Positions 52,059 to 61,625 of a stretch of DNA of 64,000 nt are shown one piece after another (positions within the stretch are counted from its first letter, which is position 1; every line of letters starts with the position of its first letter). The DNA is taken from assembly GCA_035403085.1 (NCBI GenBank), contig DAONEM010000008.1, positions 3,956-67,955 on the forward strand, read 5' to 3'. Source of the DNA: Candidatus Aminicenantes bacterium (lineage in GTDB: Bacteria; Acidobacteriota; Aminicenantia; JAMOAD01). The translations under genes were made by a program, and so were the position numbers. Below the pieces are notes generated by a model. It did not search any database. It saw nothing but the letters and a program-made list of their open reading frames with translations, and was not told the origin of the DNA.

Positions 52059-52661
52059 ATGAAAGAGGCCATTCGAATCTACATCTTGGAAAAAGCGAAG
52101 CAACTCTTTATCAAACAGGGGTACCGCCAGAGCACAATGGCTGAGATCGCCGAAGCCTCGGGGGTCTCAAAGCCAACCCTTTACCGGTATTTCGCCGGGA
52201 AGGAGGATCTGATTCGAAGTGTGGCCGAGGAGCTGGAAGCCTTCCTGGGAAGGGAAGTCTTCTCGATTCTCGAGCGGAAGGCCCCCTTCAAGGAGAAGTT
52301 TCAGGCCTTCATCGAAAGGACCTTCGCCTTGATCATGGAGAACCGCGAACTCTACCGTTTGGCCGCCCTAGAGTACTGGAGCGGGGGAAAGATCTTCCAC
52401 GAGAAGGAGGCCTTCATCGAAGAGTTTTCCCAGGCCAAGAAGGTGAGGTACGATAAGGTCAGGGCCTTCGTCCGGGAAGGGCAGAAGGAGGGCGTTCTCC
52501 GGGAGGAGTTGAGCGATACCCTCATGACCTTCATGATCATGGCGGTCTTTACGGAGTTTTTTCACCTGGTGGTTCTTCTGACGCCTGCTTCGGGGTTTCG
52601 TCCGGAAGAGGTTGGGCGGCAGGTCTATTCGGCCCTCGAAGAGGGACTCTTCAGGAGGTAA
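52059..52661 (+). CDS. TetR/AcrR family transcriptional regulator
   Basis: It has the N-terminal TetR HTH (GYRQSTMAEIAEASGVSKPTLYRYF), at 200 aa. It heads an efflux operon. Confidence 0.85.
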   Translation: MKEAIRIYILEKAKQLFIKQGYRQSTMAEIAEASGVSKPTLYRYFAGKEDLIRSVAEELEAFLGREVFSILERKAPFKEKFQAFIERTFALIMENRELYRLAALEYWSGGKIFHEKEAFIEEFSQAKKVRYDKVRAFVREGQKEGVLREELSDTLMTFMIMAVFTEFFHLVVLLTPASGFRPEEVGRQVYSALEEGLFRR

Positions 52662-52663
52662 CA

Positions 52664-53980
52664 ATGGTCCGCACCACGATTCTTCTCCTCGCACTCCTTC
52701 TTTCCCTTCCCCTCCTCTGCCAAGAACCCATGAATCTGGCCCAGGCTCTGGAAATGGCGATGAAAGGGAACCCCGAACTCCTCCAGGAGAGGGCGAGGAG
52801 AGAACAGGCGACGGGGTTCAAGGCGGCCGCGTTTTCGGCCTTCCTTCCTACGGTGGACGCCACCCTCTCCGATGTCGTCAAGAAGAAGGTGATGGAGGTG
52901 GAGTTCCCCTCTCTCGTCCCAGGGGAACCCCCCCAGAGGATGAAGATCGACTTTACCCGCAAGTACCAGTTTACCCTTCAGGCAGTTCAGCCCCTCTTCA
53001 CGGGGGGGAGGGTTCTCAGCGCCTGGAAAAGCGCCGGGGAGGCGGAAAAGATCGCCAAATTGATGGTCCAGTCCAAGCAGGATGAGATCAGGGCCAGAAC
53101 AAAGGCGGCCTTCTACGGTGTCATCCTGGCCCGTAAGAGCCTCGACGTCGTCGACAGGGCGCTTCAGAACGCGGAAAACGTCGACAGAATCGTGAAGGAA
53201 CGTCTCAAAGAGGGAACCATCAAGAGGCTTGACCTTCTTAGGGCGGAGAATAGGGTGGATGAGCTGAAGGGGGAGAGGGTCCGAGGGGAGGCGAGAATCG
53301 TGGAGGCTGAGAACCTCCTCAAGACGCTCCTGGGCATGGGGATCGACCAGAAGGTTCTCCTCTCCGGGGAGCTTCCCGATTCTCACCCGCCTCTGAGCCG
53401 GGAGGGGCTTACGAGGGCCTTCAGGCAGGGGAACCCCCTCCTGGAGACGCTCTCTTCCAGGCTTAGGATAGGGGATCTGAAGGTCAAGCAGGCCCGGGCC
53501 TCCCTCTTTCCTACCCTCTCCCTGGTGGGGCAGTACAATTACCAGGGGGATGGGATGAAAGACTTTTCCCAGTGGTACAACTACTATACGATCAGCCTCA
53601 ACCTCTCCTTCACTCTCTTCAAGGGGGGATCCCGGCTGGCGGAAGGGAGGATCGCCAAAGCCGAAAGGGATGAGGTCCGCTCCGCCGTCGCCGCCCTCAG
53701 GGATTCCCTGGAGAGTGAACTGGAGAACTGCTGGAAACGGTGGTTGGCCGAGAAGAGTCGGGTGGAGTACACCAAGGCTCAGCATCAACGCTCCCAGGAG
53801 GAGTTTCGGTTGGCCGAACTCTCTTACCGGGAGGGAATGCTCACCTACACAGACCTGGAGCTCTCCCAAGTCGCCCTGGCGGAAACTGAACTTCGTTATC
53901 TGCAGAGCCTCTACGAGTGGGCGACGGCGACTTATTCTTTAGAAACCCTCACGGGAAGCGAGTTTCCCGAACATGGCTGA
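52664..53980 (+). CDS. TolC-family outer membrane efflux protein
   Basis: It has a signal peptide, two OEP repeats and long helical segments, at 438 aa. It sits in an operon with MFP and RND genes. Confidence 0.85.
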   Translation: MVRTTILLLALLLSLPLLCQEPMNLAQALEMAMKGNPELLQERARREQATGFKAAAFSAFLPTVDATLSDVVKKKVMEVEFPSLVPGEPPQRMKIDFTRKYQFTLQAVQPLFTGGRVLSAWKSAGEAEKIAKLMVQSKQDEIRARTKAAFYGVILARKSLDVVDRALQNAENVDRIVKERLKEGTIKRLDLLRAENRVDELKGERVRGEARIVEAENLLKTLLGMGIDQKVLLSGELPDSHPPLSREGLTRAFRQGNPLLETLSSRLRIGDLKVKQARASLFPTLSLVGQYNYQGDGMKDFSQWYNYYTISLNLSFTLFKGGSRLAEGRIAKAERDEVRSAVAALRDSLESELENCWKRWLAEKSRVEYTKAQHQRSQEEFRLAELSYREGMLTYTDLELSQVALAETELRYLQSLYEWATATYSLETLTGSEFPEHG

Positions 53981-53990
53981 GGAGGCGACA

Positions 53991-55073
53991 ATGAAATCTT
54001 TTACAAGGAGGGCCACCCCTCTCTGGTTGTTTCTCTCTTTTCTCGTTTGCTTCGGATGCGCTCAGAAGAGTACTCCCCGAGCGAAGAGCTCTTCCGGCGT
54101 CGTCGCCTTTCAGGTCAGGAGTCGGCCCGTTCTTGAGGGGGCGATCACCGAATACTTCCGCTACGCGGGGCGGCTCCGTTCCGCGGAGCTCTTGGTCGTT
54201 CAGCCCGAGGTTCCCGGTCGGATTAAACGCCTTCTCCGAGAGGTTGGCGACCGGGTTAGAGAGGGAGATCTCCTCCTGGAGCTGGAGAGCACGACCATCG
54301 AAGCCCAGAGGAACCAAGCCAAGGCGCTCATGGAAATCGGCAAGGCCTCATGGGAAGACAGCGAGAAGAACTGGAAGAGGAGCGAAGCCCTCTACCGGAG
54401 CCAAGGGGTCTCCGAGACGGAGAGGGAGAAGGCCTCCTTACAGAGGGAGAGCTCTTTGAGACAGTACGAGCAGAGTCAGGCGGCCTTCAGGGCGGCCGAG
54501 TACGCCTTGGCCCAGACAAAGGTAAGAGCCCCCTTCGCGGGGAAGATCACCTTGAAGAGTTGTGAGGAGGGGGAGTACTTCTCGCCGGGGGCCAAGTCCG
54601 AAGGGGTCTACACCTTGGAGAGAGACGATCGGATCTTCGTGGATGTCGATGTCCCCTCCACGGACTCTCCCCTCATAGAGAAAGGGGCCTCGGTGGAGGT
54701 GGAGTCTTCGTCCGGGTGGCTAGCCGGGAAGGTGATCTCCAAGGGAGAACGGGCCGACCCTCTCTCCTCTTCCTTCCCGGTGAGGGCCGTGGTGGACAAC
54801 CCCAAGGGGTGGCTTAAACCCGGCTCCGTTGCCGGCATGAAGGTTCACTACCGAGGACGCGAGAAGACCCTGGTCGTCCCTCTCTCCGCGTTGTCCGAGG
54901 GGGACACCCTCTTCGTGAAAGAGGGGAACACCGTTCGGGAGAGGAAGGTTACGGTGGGGTTGCGGAATCCCGAGTGGGTCGAGATTCTCAAGGGCCTGAA
55001 GGTTGGGGAAAGGGCTGTGGTGGAAGGCAATTTCGGCCTCTATGAGGGGGCCTTGGTCGAGGAGATCCAATGA
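53991..55073 (+). CDS. efflux RND transporter periplasmic adaptor subunit (MFP, lipoprotein)
   Basis: It has the lipobox LVCFGC plus HlyD-like lipoyl and beta-barrel motifs. ATG 53991 has GAGGAGG 5 nt upstream. ATG 53973 is an alternative. Confidence 0.85.
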   Translation: MKSFTRRATPLWLFLSFLVCFGCAQKSTPRAKSSSGVVAFQVRSRPVLEGAITEYFRYAGRLRSAELLVVQPEVPGRIKRLLREVGDRVREGDLLLELESTTIEAQRNQAKALMEIGKASWEDSEKNWKRSEALYRSQGVSETEREKASLQRESSLRQYEQSQAAFRAAEYALAQTKVRAPFAGKITLKSCEEGEYFSPGAKSEGVYTLERDDRIFVDVDVPSTDSPLIEKGASVEVESSSGWLAGKVISKGERADPLSSSFPVRAVVDNPKGWLKPGSVAGMKVHYRGREKTLVVPLSALSEGDTLFVKEGNTVRERKVTVGLRNPEWVEILKGLKVGERAVVEGNFGLYEGALVEEIQ

Positions 55074-58000
55074 GTCTGGCCTCATTCTCTGTTCGCAAGA
55101 AAGTCACCGTCACCATGTTCACCCTCATCATCCTCCTCATGGGGGTGATCTCCTTCTCCAAGCTGGGCCTTGACCTGATGCCGGACATCGATTACCCGAC
55201 CATCAGCGTCGTGACCACCTATACCGGGGCCTCTCCCGAAGACATTGAGGAGATGATCACCAAACCGATGGAGGGGTGGGTAGGAACCGTCTCAAACGTG
55301 AAGAAGGTTCAATCCTTCTCCAAAGAGGGAATCTCCCTGATCAACATCGAGTTTGAATGGGGGACGAACCTGGACTTCGCCGCGCAGGATGTCAGGGAGA
55401 CGATCTCCCAATACGAGCGGTATCTCCCCGAAGAGGCGGAGAAACCGACGGTCATCAAGTTCAACCTCTCCCAGATCCCCGTGCTCATGTACGGCGTGAG
55501 CGGGAAACGCTCTCTCTTCGACGTGAAGAACATCACCGAGGACAAGATCGCCGAGCGACTGGAGCGGCTCGACGGTGTGGCCCAGGTGATGGTTGTCAGC
55601 TCCGAGGTTCGGGAGATTCAGGTTCGTCTTGACGGCGACCGGGTGAAGAGCCTCTCCCTGTCGCCGGACGCCGTTCTGGCCAGCCTCAGCGCGGAGAACC
55701 TCAACCAACCGGCCGGATACTTCACCCAGGGGCATCAGGAGTATATCCTCAGGACCACCGGGGAGTTTAAAGACCTGGAGACGATCCGGAGAATCTCTGT
55801 GGGGACCACACCGGAGGGGCGGATCGTTCGGCTTGGCGAGATCGCGACCGTTGTGGACGGATTGAAGGAGAGCCGGACCAACGCGAAAATGTCCGGTGAG
55901 AAAGCGGTCTTCTTCATCGTCTCCAAGAGCAGTGGAGCCAACATCGTCAAGGTTGCGGACCGGGTGAAGGGGACTCTGGAGAAGATGAAGGGAGACCTTC
56001 CCTCCGACATCACCCTCCACCTGGGAATGGATATGTCCGAACCCGTCACCAACACGGCCGCCGGAACCACCAGCGACGTGATCTTCGGCGGGCTCATGGT
56101 GGTCGTCGTGATCTTTCTCTTCCTCTCCAACTGGCGGCCGACCCTCACGATCTCCATCTCCATCCCCCTCTCCATCATCGCCACCTTCATCTCTTTCTAT
56201 GTGGCCGGGTACACCCTGAACCTGATCACCCTGGTCGGTCTGGGGTTGGGAGTCGGTATGTTGGTGGACAACTCGGTCGTGGTCATCGAGAATATCTTCC
56301 GCAGGGTTGAAGAGGAGGATGAGGACGTGGAGACGGCCTCGGCTAAGGGGACCGAGGAGGTGGGGATGGCCATATCCGCATCAACCTTCACCACCATAGG
56401 AGTCTTCTTCCCCATGCTCTTCACCTCGGGGATCGTGGGAAAGTTCGCCCAGGCCCTTGCCCTCTCCGTAAGCTTCGCCCTCCTCTCCTCCCTCCTGGTG
56501 GCCTTGACCATCGTTCCCATGCTTACTTCGGTGATCTTTCGGGGAATGGGAAGGGAGTCCATCGCCGCCAAAGGTTCCAAGGAGAGGGGTTTTGACAGGT
56601 ACAGGAGGCTCTACAAGAGGCTTCTGGAGGGAGCGCTCCGTAAACGGAAGACAGTCTTAACCGTGGTGGTTCTTCTCTTCCTTCTCTCCTTTGTGGCCAT
56701 GGCTTTTCTGGGGACGGAGTTCATGCCCACCTCCGACAACAGCACTGTCCTTCTGAAGCTCAAGCTTCCCATCGGGACCCCCCTGGCCGTGACCGAGAGA
56801 ATCGCCGGAGAGATCGACAAGAGGCTTATGGCGCGAAAAGAGGTCCTCTCCATCGGGACCATCGTCGGTGTGGACGAGAACGACCAGAACGGGAGTAGCA
56901 CGGAGACGAACCCCCGGGGGACCCACGAGGCGATCTTCTGGATCAGGCTGGTTCCCAAGAGTGAAAGGGCCCTCTCGGGCACCGATGTTATCGACGAAGT
57001 CAAGCGGTCGGTCCCGCCCTACCGGGGAAGTACCTTGGAGACGGTGGATTTCAGCCAGTCCCTCACAGGGGGGTCCTCCTTTCCTGTGGATGTCCGGGTC
57101 TATGGAAAGGATTTGGGAATGCTGAAGAATATCTCCGACAGGGTTTCCCAAGTTATGGCCTCCGTTTCCGGTTTTACGGATATCCATTCGAGTCTGATCA
57201 CGGGCAAAAAAGAGGTGCATATCGAGATCGACCGGGAGAAGGCCTACCGGTTTGGGCTCAACGTCACCTCCATCGCCTCGGCTGTTCACACCTACACCAT
57301 CGGAAAGACCTACACCCGGTACAAGGAGAAGGGTGAAGAGTACGACATCCGGGTTCTCATGGACGAGAAGGACAGGAAGAGAATCGAAGATATCCGGCTC
57401 CTCCCCATACCTACCCCCACGGGAAAGAGGGTCTACTTGAAAGACGTGGCCTCTCTGGAGGTCGGCACGGGCCCCCTGGAAATCGAACGTCAGAATCAGG
57501 TAAGGAAAGTCTCCGTTCTGGCCAACGTCAAGGGGCGGGACATGGGGTCTACCGTGGAGGAGCTGAAGGCGAAGCTGGCCCTCTTGGAAAAGAACCTCCC
57601 CTCCGGGTATTTCATCGAGTACGCGGGGCAGTATGAGGACATGACTTCGGGCTTTCAGGATCTTTTCCTCGCCTTCCTGATCGCCGTGACCCTGGTCTAC
57701 ATGATCATGGCCTCCCAGTTTGAGCACCTGCTCCATCCCCTGGTGATCATGTTCACGGTTCCCATGGCCTTCATAGGTGTGATCGCCGCCCTGGCAGCGG
57801 CGGGAAGCCCCGTCAACGTCATCGTCTTCATGGGGCTCATCATCTTGGCGGGAGTGGCGGTCAACAACGGGATCGTCATGATCGATTACATCAACCAGAA
57901 GCGCAAGGCCGGGGAGGATGCCTACCAGGCGGTTGTAGAGGGAGCGGTCACTAGGTTGAGGCCGATTCTCATCACCTCTTTCACGACGGTGATCGGGATG

Positions 58001-58168
58001 GTCCCCATGGTCTTCTCCAAGGGTGAGGGGGCCGAAATGCGCCAGCCTATCGGGCTGACCATCGTCGGAGGGCTGACGGCGGCGACGCTCTTGACCCTCT
58101 TCGTCATCCCCATCATCTACTCCTACTTCAACAAGATCAAGCCTCCCCCCCGGGAAGAGGCGAGGTAG
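55070..58168 (+). CDS. RND efflux permease (AcrB/HAE1-like)
   Basis: It is 1032 aa with the 12-TM architecture, two large periplasmic loops and conserved TM4 (GLGVGMLVDNSVVVIENI) and TM10 regions. It overlaps the MFP stop in an ATGA. Confidence 0.93.
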   Translation: MSLASFSVRKKVTVTMFTLIILLMGVISFSKLGLDLMPDIDYPTISVVTTYTGASPEDIEEMITKPMEGWVGTVSNVKKVQSFSKEGISLINIEFEWGTNLDFAAQDVRETISQYERYLPEEAEKPTVIKFNLSQIPVLMYGVSGKRSLFDVKNITEDKIAERLERLDGVAQVMVVSSEVREIQVRLDGDRVKSLSLSPDAVLASLSAENLNQPAGYFTQGHQEYILRTTGEFKDLETIRRISVGTTPEGRIVRLGEIATVVDGLKESRTNAKMSGEKAVFFIVSKSSGANIVKVADRVKGTLEKMKGDLPSDITLHLGMDMSEPVTNTAAGTTSDVIFGGLMVVVVIFLFLSNWRPTLTISISIPLSIIATFISFYVAGYTLNLITLVGLGLGVGMLVDNSVVVIENIFRRVEEEDEDVETASAKGTEEVGMAISASTFTTIGVFFPMLFTSGIVGKFAQALALSVSFALLSSLLVALTIVPMLTSVIFRGMGRESIAAKGSKERGFDRYRRLYKRLLEGALRKRKTVLTVVVLLFLLSFVAMAFLGTEFMPTSDNSTVLLKLKLPIGTPLAVTERIAGEIDKRLMARKEVLSIGTIVGVDENDQNGSSTETNPRGTHEAIFWIRLVPKSERALSGTDVIDEVKRSVPPYRGSTLETVDFSQSLTGGSSFPVDVRVYGKDLGMLKNISDRVSQVMASVSGFTDIHSSLITGKKEVHIEIDREKAYRFGLNVTSIASAVHTYTIGKTYTRYKEKGEEYDIRVLMDEKDRKRIEDIRLLPIPTPTGKRVYLKDVASLEVGTGPLEIERQNQVRKVSVLANVKGRDMGSTVEELKAKLALLEKNLPSGYFIEYAGQYEDMTSGFQDLFLAFLIAVTLVYMIMASQFEHLLHPLVIMFTVPMAFIGVIAALAAAGSPVNVIVFMGLIILAGVAVNNGIVMIDYINQKRKAGEDAYQAVVEGAVTRLRPILITSFTTVIGMVPMVFSKGEGAEMRQPIGLTIVGGLTAATLLTLFVIPIIYSYFNKIKPPPREEAR

Positions 58169-58226
58169 AGGAGGCGCTCTTCCCATCGGCGGCGGCTATC
58201 TCAGGGGTGGCGGATTCTGTTCATTC

Positions 58227-58287
58227 TAAAAAGGAGTGTCCGTTGTATTTGCTCCATCTCCCGGATCCCCAAAAGGGAGTGTCCGTT
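58227..58287 (+). repeat. bipartite intergenic repeat, copy B (23-nt core TAAAAAGGAGTGTCCGTTGTATT + second half-site AAAAGGGAGTGTCCGTT)
   Basis: The 23-mer at 58227-58249 is identical to 49314-49336. The second unit is at 58271-58287. The 43-nt offset between AGTGT cores matches copy A. Confidence 0.8.
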
Positions 58288-58326
58288 CTCTCTCGTCCCC
58301 TTTCTCGGGGCGGGGGAGCCTCCTTT

Positions 58327-58355
58327 TTGACAGGAGTTCGAGGGCAGATTATAAT
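58327..58355 (+). promoter_or_regulatory. perfect-consensus sigma70 promoter upstream of feoA (TTGACA-17-TATAAT)
   Basis: TTGACA is at 58327-58332 and TATAAT at 58350-58355. The -10 ends 12 nt before ATG 58368, and no Shine-Dalgarno sequence lies between. Confidence 0.6.
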
Positions 58356-58367
58356 AACTCAATACCT

Positions 58368-58610
58368 ATGACCCTAAGCGATGCGCGGTTCGAAAAAATC
58401 TACCGTATCGTCTCCCTGAACGGAGGCGCCAACATGGCTCAGCGGTTGTCCGCCATGGGGCTCTACCCCGGCGCCAGAGTCGCCTTGGCCTCAAGGGCGC
58501 CCCTCTGTGGACCACTGTTGATCAAGAACATCGAAAACAATGTTCAGGTCGCGCTGGGCACCGGCGTTGTCGAGAAGATCGAGGTTGTCGAGGTGGAAGA
58601 CGGGGAATGA
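58368..58610 (+). CDS. feoA: ferrous iron transport protein A (FeoA)
   Basis: An 80-aa SH3-like FeoA (YRIVSLNGG...RLSAMGLYPGARV...). It lies directly upstream of feoB and overlaps it in an ATGA. The ORF-track N-terminal extension covers the promoter and repeat region. Confidence 0.85.
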   Translation: MTLSDARFEKIYRIVSLNGGANMAQRLSAMGLYPGARVALASRAPLCGPLLIKNIENNVQVALGTGVVEKIEVVEVEDGE

Positions 58611-60520
58611 AGACCATCGTCTTGGTCGGTCAACCCAACTGTGGAAAGAGCGCCCTTTTCAACGCTATCGCCGGATACAAGGCTAATTCCTCGAACTTCC
58701 CCGGAACGACGGTCCAGATTCTTCGCTCCCAGGTGATCTACCGGGGGGAGACCTTCGACCTGGTCGATCTTCCCGGTACCTACTCCCTGACTCCTTTCGA
58801 CAAGGCCGAAGAGGTCACCTTCGACTTTCTCCTCACCGGGGAGTACGACCTTATCCTCAACGTTCTGGACGCTTCCAGGCTCAACCGCTCCCTTGAACTC
58901 GCTCTCGAGCTCCAGGCGTTGGAGAAGCCGACGATTCTTGTCTTGAACATGATGGACGAAGCGGAGAAGAAGGGGATGACCATCGATTCCGCGGCTCTTG
59001 GCGAGTTCCTCGGCATGTCGGCTTTCCCCACTACCGCCCTCTCCGGGAAGGGGGTGGAAGATGTTCTTAAGGCGGCCCTCGGGCAACTGGAGAACCCCTC
59101 TCCGGTTCGTCCTCTCCCCTTCCCGCCGAGACTGGAGAGCTTCTTGGCGGAGTTGACCCCTTTCGTCGGTGCCGGGAGGGTCAACTCCCGTTTCTTGGCT
59201 CTCAAGGCCTTGGAGGGAGGGGAAATGGAGAAGAAGATTCCCGTCTCTCCGGGCTTCCATGCAAAGGCCGAAGAGCTCTCGGGAAAGGTGAGGGAGTTCT
59301 GGGACAAGAGCCTACAGGAGGTGCTCTTCGCGGAGAGGCACCACCTCTCCATGGAGCTTTCCGAGAAGGCCTGCCGAATCGTCCGCCGTCAAGGAAGGCA
59401 CCTTTCCGAAAGGGTGGATGCCCTCTTCTGCCACCCCCTCTTTGGTTACCTTCTCTTCGTTGTGGTCTTCCTCTTGATGCTGGCCCTGGTCTTTCGGATC
59501 GGGAACCTTCTGGAAACCCTCTCCCTGGCGCCGTTGAACGAGTTGGCCCTCTGGGTGGGGAACCTTCCCATCGCCCCATGGCTCCACCGGCTGGCCGATG
59601 GTATCGTGGCCGGGACCGTGGGCGCCGTCGGGATCATCGTCCCCTATATGGTCCCCCTCCTCCTGATGATGGCCATTCTGGAAGATTCCGGCTACCTGGC
59701 CCGTTCCGCCTTCCTCTTCGACAGCCTCATGCACAAGATGGGGCTTCACGGGAAATCTCTCCCCCCCCTTCTCATGGCCTTTGGATGCAATGTCCCGGCT
59801 CTCTCGGCCACAAGAATCTTGGAGAGCCCTCGGGATCGCCTTCTGACAGCGCTTCTGATTCCCTTTATCCCCTGTTCGGCGAGGACCATCGTCATCTCCG
59901 CTCTGGTCTACGCTTTCTTGGGGACAGGGTGGGCCTTCTTCGTTTACGGCGTCACCATGATTACGGTCTTCTTCCTGAGCCTTCTGCTCTCTTCGCTGGT
60001 GAAGTACCCTGCTCCGGGGTTGATCATGGAGATTCCCGCCTTCAGAGTGCCTTCGCCGAAGAACGTCCTCATCAAGGCCTGGTTTCAGCTCAAACCTTTC
60101 CTCGTCTACGCGATTCCCCTGTTGGTCTTAGGGAGCATCGCCGTCGAGTATGTTCAATTTTTCGGTCTGGAACGCCTTCTGAACGCTCTTGTGAGGCCTG
60201 TTACCTACCTTTTGGATCTTCCCGAGGCGACGGGCTTTACCCTGGTTTTTGGCTTCTTCCGAAAGGAGCTGGCCCTCTTGATGCTTGGTCAGTCCCTCGG
60301 CGTTTCCCCCGACCGGATCGCCGGAGTGCTCTCCTCGGCTCAACTTATCACCTTCGCGCTCTTCACAACCCTCTATATACCCTGTCTCTCGACGTTTCTC
60401 ATTCTCCGCAAAGAGTTCAACCTTAAGACCGCCTGGATCTCCATCGGCTTGAACGTTGCGGTTTCCCTCGGGGTGACCCTCTCGATCGTCTCTCTCCTTC
60501 GCCTCACGGGTCTTCTCTAA
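58607..60520 (+). CDS. feoB: ferrous iron transport protein B (FeoB)
   Basis: It has the N-terminal G domain (GQPNCGKSALFN, DLPGTYS, NMMD) followed by the polytopic FeoB membrane domain, at 637 aa. Confidence 0.95.
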   Translation: MKTIVLVGQPNCGKSALFNAIAGYKANSSNFPGTTVQILRSQVIYRGETFDLVDLPGTYSLTPFDKAEEVTFDFLLTGEYDLILNVLDASRLNRSLELALELQALEKPTILVLNMMDEAEKKGMTIDSAALGEFLGMSAFPTTALSGKGVEDVLKAALGQLENPSPVRPLPFPPRLESFLAELTPFVGAGRVNSRFLALKALEGGEMEKKIPVSPGFHAKAEELSGKVREFWDKSLQEVLFAERHHLSMELSEKACRIVRRQGRHLSERVDALFCHPLFGYLLFVVVFLLMLALVFRIGNLLETLSLAPLNELALWVGNLPIAPWLHRLADGIVAGTVGAVGIIVPYMVPLLLMMAILEDSGYLARSAFLFDSLMHKMGLHGKSLPPLLMAFGCNVPALSATRILESPRDRLLTALLIPFIPCSARTIVISALVYAFLGTGWAFFVYGVTMITVFFLSLLLSSLVKYPAPGLIMEIPAFRVPSPKNVLIKAWFQLKPFLVYAIPLLVLGSIAVEYVQFFGLERLLNALVRPVTYLLDLPEATGFTLVFGFFRKELALLMLGQSLGVSPDRIAGVLSSAQLITFALFTTLYIPCLSTFLILRKEFNLKTAWISIGLNVAVSLGVTLSIVSLLRLTGLL

Positions 60521-60587
60521 GAGAGTCCGCTCCCCCTGGACGGCGAGGCGGAGAGCCCTCCCTCCGAACCCCCTTTTCCTCTTCCTC

Positions 60588-60616
60588 TTGACCTTGCTTT
60601 CCTTCCCCCTTACAAT
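60588..60616 (+). promoter_or_regulatory. sigma70-type promoter of the 299-aa hypothetical gene (TTGACC-17-TACAAT)
   Basis: TTGACC is at 60588-60593 and TACAAT at 60611-60616. GGAGG lies 5 nt before ATG 60638. Confidence 0.5.
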
Positions 60617-60637
60617 AGAAAGAGACCGGAGGCGGAT

Positions 60638-61537
60638 ATGTCGGAAATGAAAGAGCTGGACAAACTGGAAATCTTAGATCTGGCCACGTTGGACAGCTTC
60701 TATTTAGAGCCACTGTACGAGAAAATCCTCAAGGAACTCCACCTGGAGATCGCTTACGACCGCCAGCTCTACCTTATCTCCCCCGGTTTGACCGTCCTCT
60801 CGCCCGAGAAGGTTCCCCAGGAGGTCGAAGAGTTCCTCTCCCGAAAGAACGATTTCCTCGAATACTTGAAGAAGCTGATCCTTCGAAACCTCTTAGAGTA
60901 CTCCTTTATCGTTGAGGCTCACAGCTACTTCATCGAGCAGAACGGGAACACCCTGATCGCACGGCTCCGGGAGAAGGATGCCGCAAAGATGAAGTACGAG
61001 GTGAAGTTTTACACCCACTCCCCCGACGAGATCCTCGACCACTACCAAGACAAGATCTACATAGGCAGGGACTTTCTCTTCCTCGACACCCTTCGTCGCC
61101 CCCGCTACGGGATCGAAGACCATCTTGCTTCGATTCCCTTCGAAATCCGGCGGTTGAGGGAGAAGTACATCGAGAAGATCCGCTTCCCCGGGCCGGAGAC
61201 GGAAGAGTATCTCAAAGAGCTTGAAGCCTTGGGGGAGGAGTTTACCCACCTTGCCGCCGACACGCTCAGGGCTCTCCCTCCCTCCTTCCAGATAGACCGA
61301 GCCGAAAGCTTGGATAATCTCCAGCTTCTCTCCACGAAGTTGAGAGAGGTCAAGCACTACCTCTTAGAGATCAAAGAGGAGCTGAAAGAGTACATCGAGA
61401 TTCTCCGGCGGAACGAAGAGAAGGACTTCGTCCGCTACGCGGTTAAGTGCAAGAAGGACCTGGTCAACCTGATCATCCTCTTGAACGTGAAATTCCTTGG
61501 CCCCGTGGTCGAGGAGATCACTCACCGCAAACCCTGA
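60638..61537 (+). CDS. hypothetical cytoplasmic protein (helical, Glu/Lys/Leu-rich)
   Basis: A 299-codon ORF with its own promoter and Shine-Dalgarno sequence. It has no TM segment or signal peptide, and I recognise no family motif. Confidence 0.6.
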   Translation: MSEMKELDKLEILDLATLDSFYLEPLYEKILKELHLEIAYDRQLYLISPGLTVLSPEKVPQEVEEFLSRKNDFLEYLKKLILRNLLEYSFIVEAHSYFIEQNGNTLIARLREKDAAKMKYEVKFYTHSPDEILDHYQDKIYIGRDFLFLDTLRRPRYGIEDHLASIPFEIRRLREKYIEKIRFPGPETEEYLKELEALGEEFTHLAADTLRALPPSFQIDRAESLDNLQLLSTKLREVKHYLLEIKEELKEYIEILRRNEEKDFVRYAVKCKKDLVNLIILLNVKFLGPVVEEITHRKP

Positions 61538-61551
61538 AGGGACCAGGCTCG

Positions 61552-61580
61552 TTGACTTTTCTCCTCTAGACCGATAAAAT
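61552..61580 (+). promoter_or_regulatory. sigma70-type promoter of the helicase gene (TTGACT-17-TAAAAT)
   Basis: TTGACT is at 61552-61557 and TAAAAT at 61575-61580. The leader carries AGGAGAGAG before ATG 61626. Confidence 0.5.
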
Positions 61581-61625
61581 GGAGTTCTTCCACACGGGGC
61601 GACGCCCCTCTCAGGAGAGAGCCAC

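Noticed and set aside
58346-58364. A possible Fur box overlapping the feoA -10 (GATTATAATAACTCAATAC).
   Set aside because: It matches only about 10 of 19 positions of the GATAATGATAATCATTATC consensus, and most of those matches are just the AT-rich -10. This is not convincing without a genome-specific Fur motif.
58236-58367. An N-terminal extension of the feoA ORF (GTG at 58236).
   Set aside because: The extension covers the intergenic repeat and a perfect sigma70 promoter. FeoA homology starts at ATG 58368.
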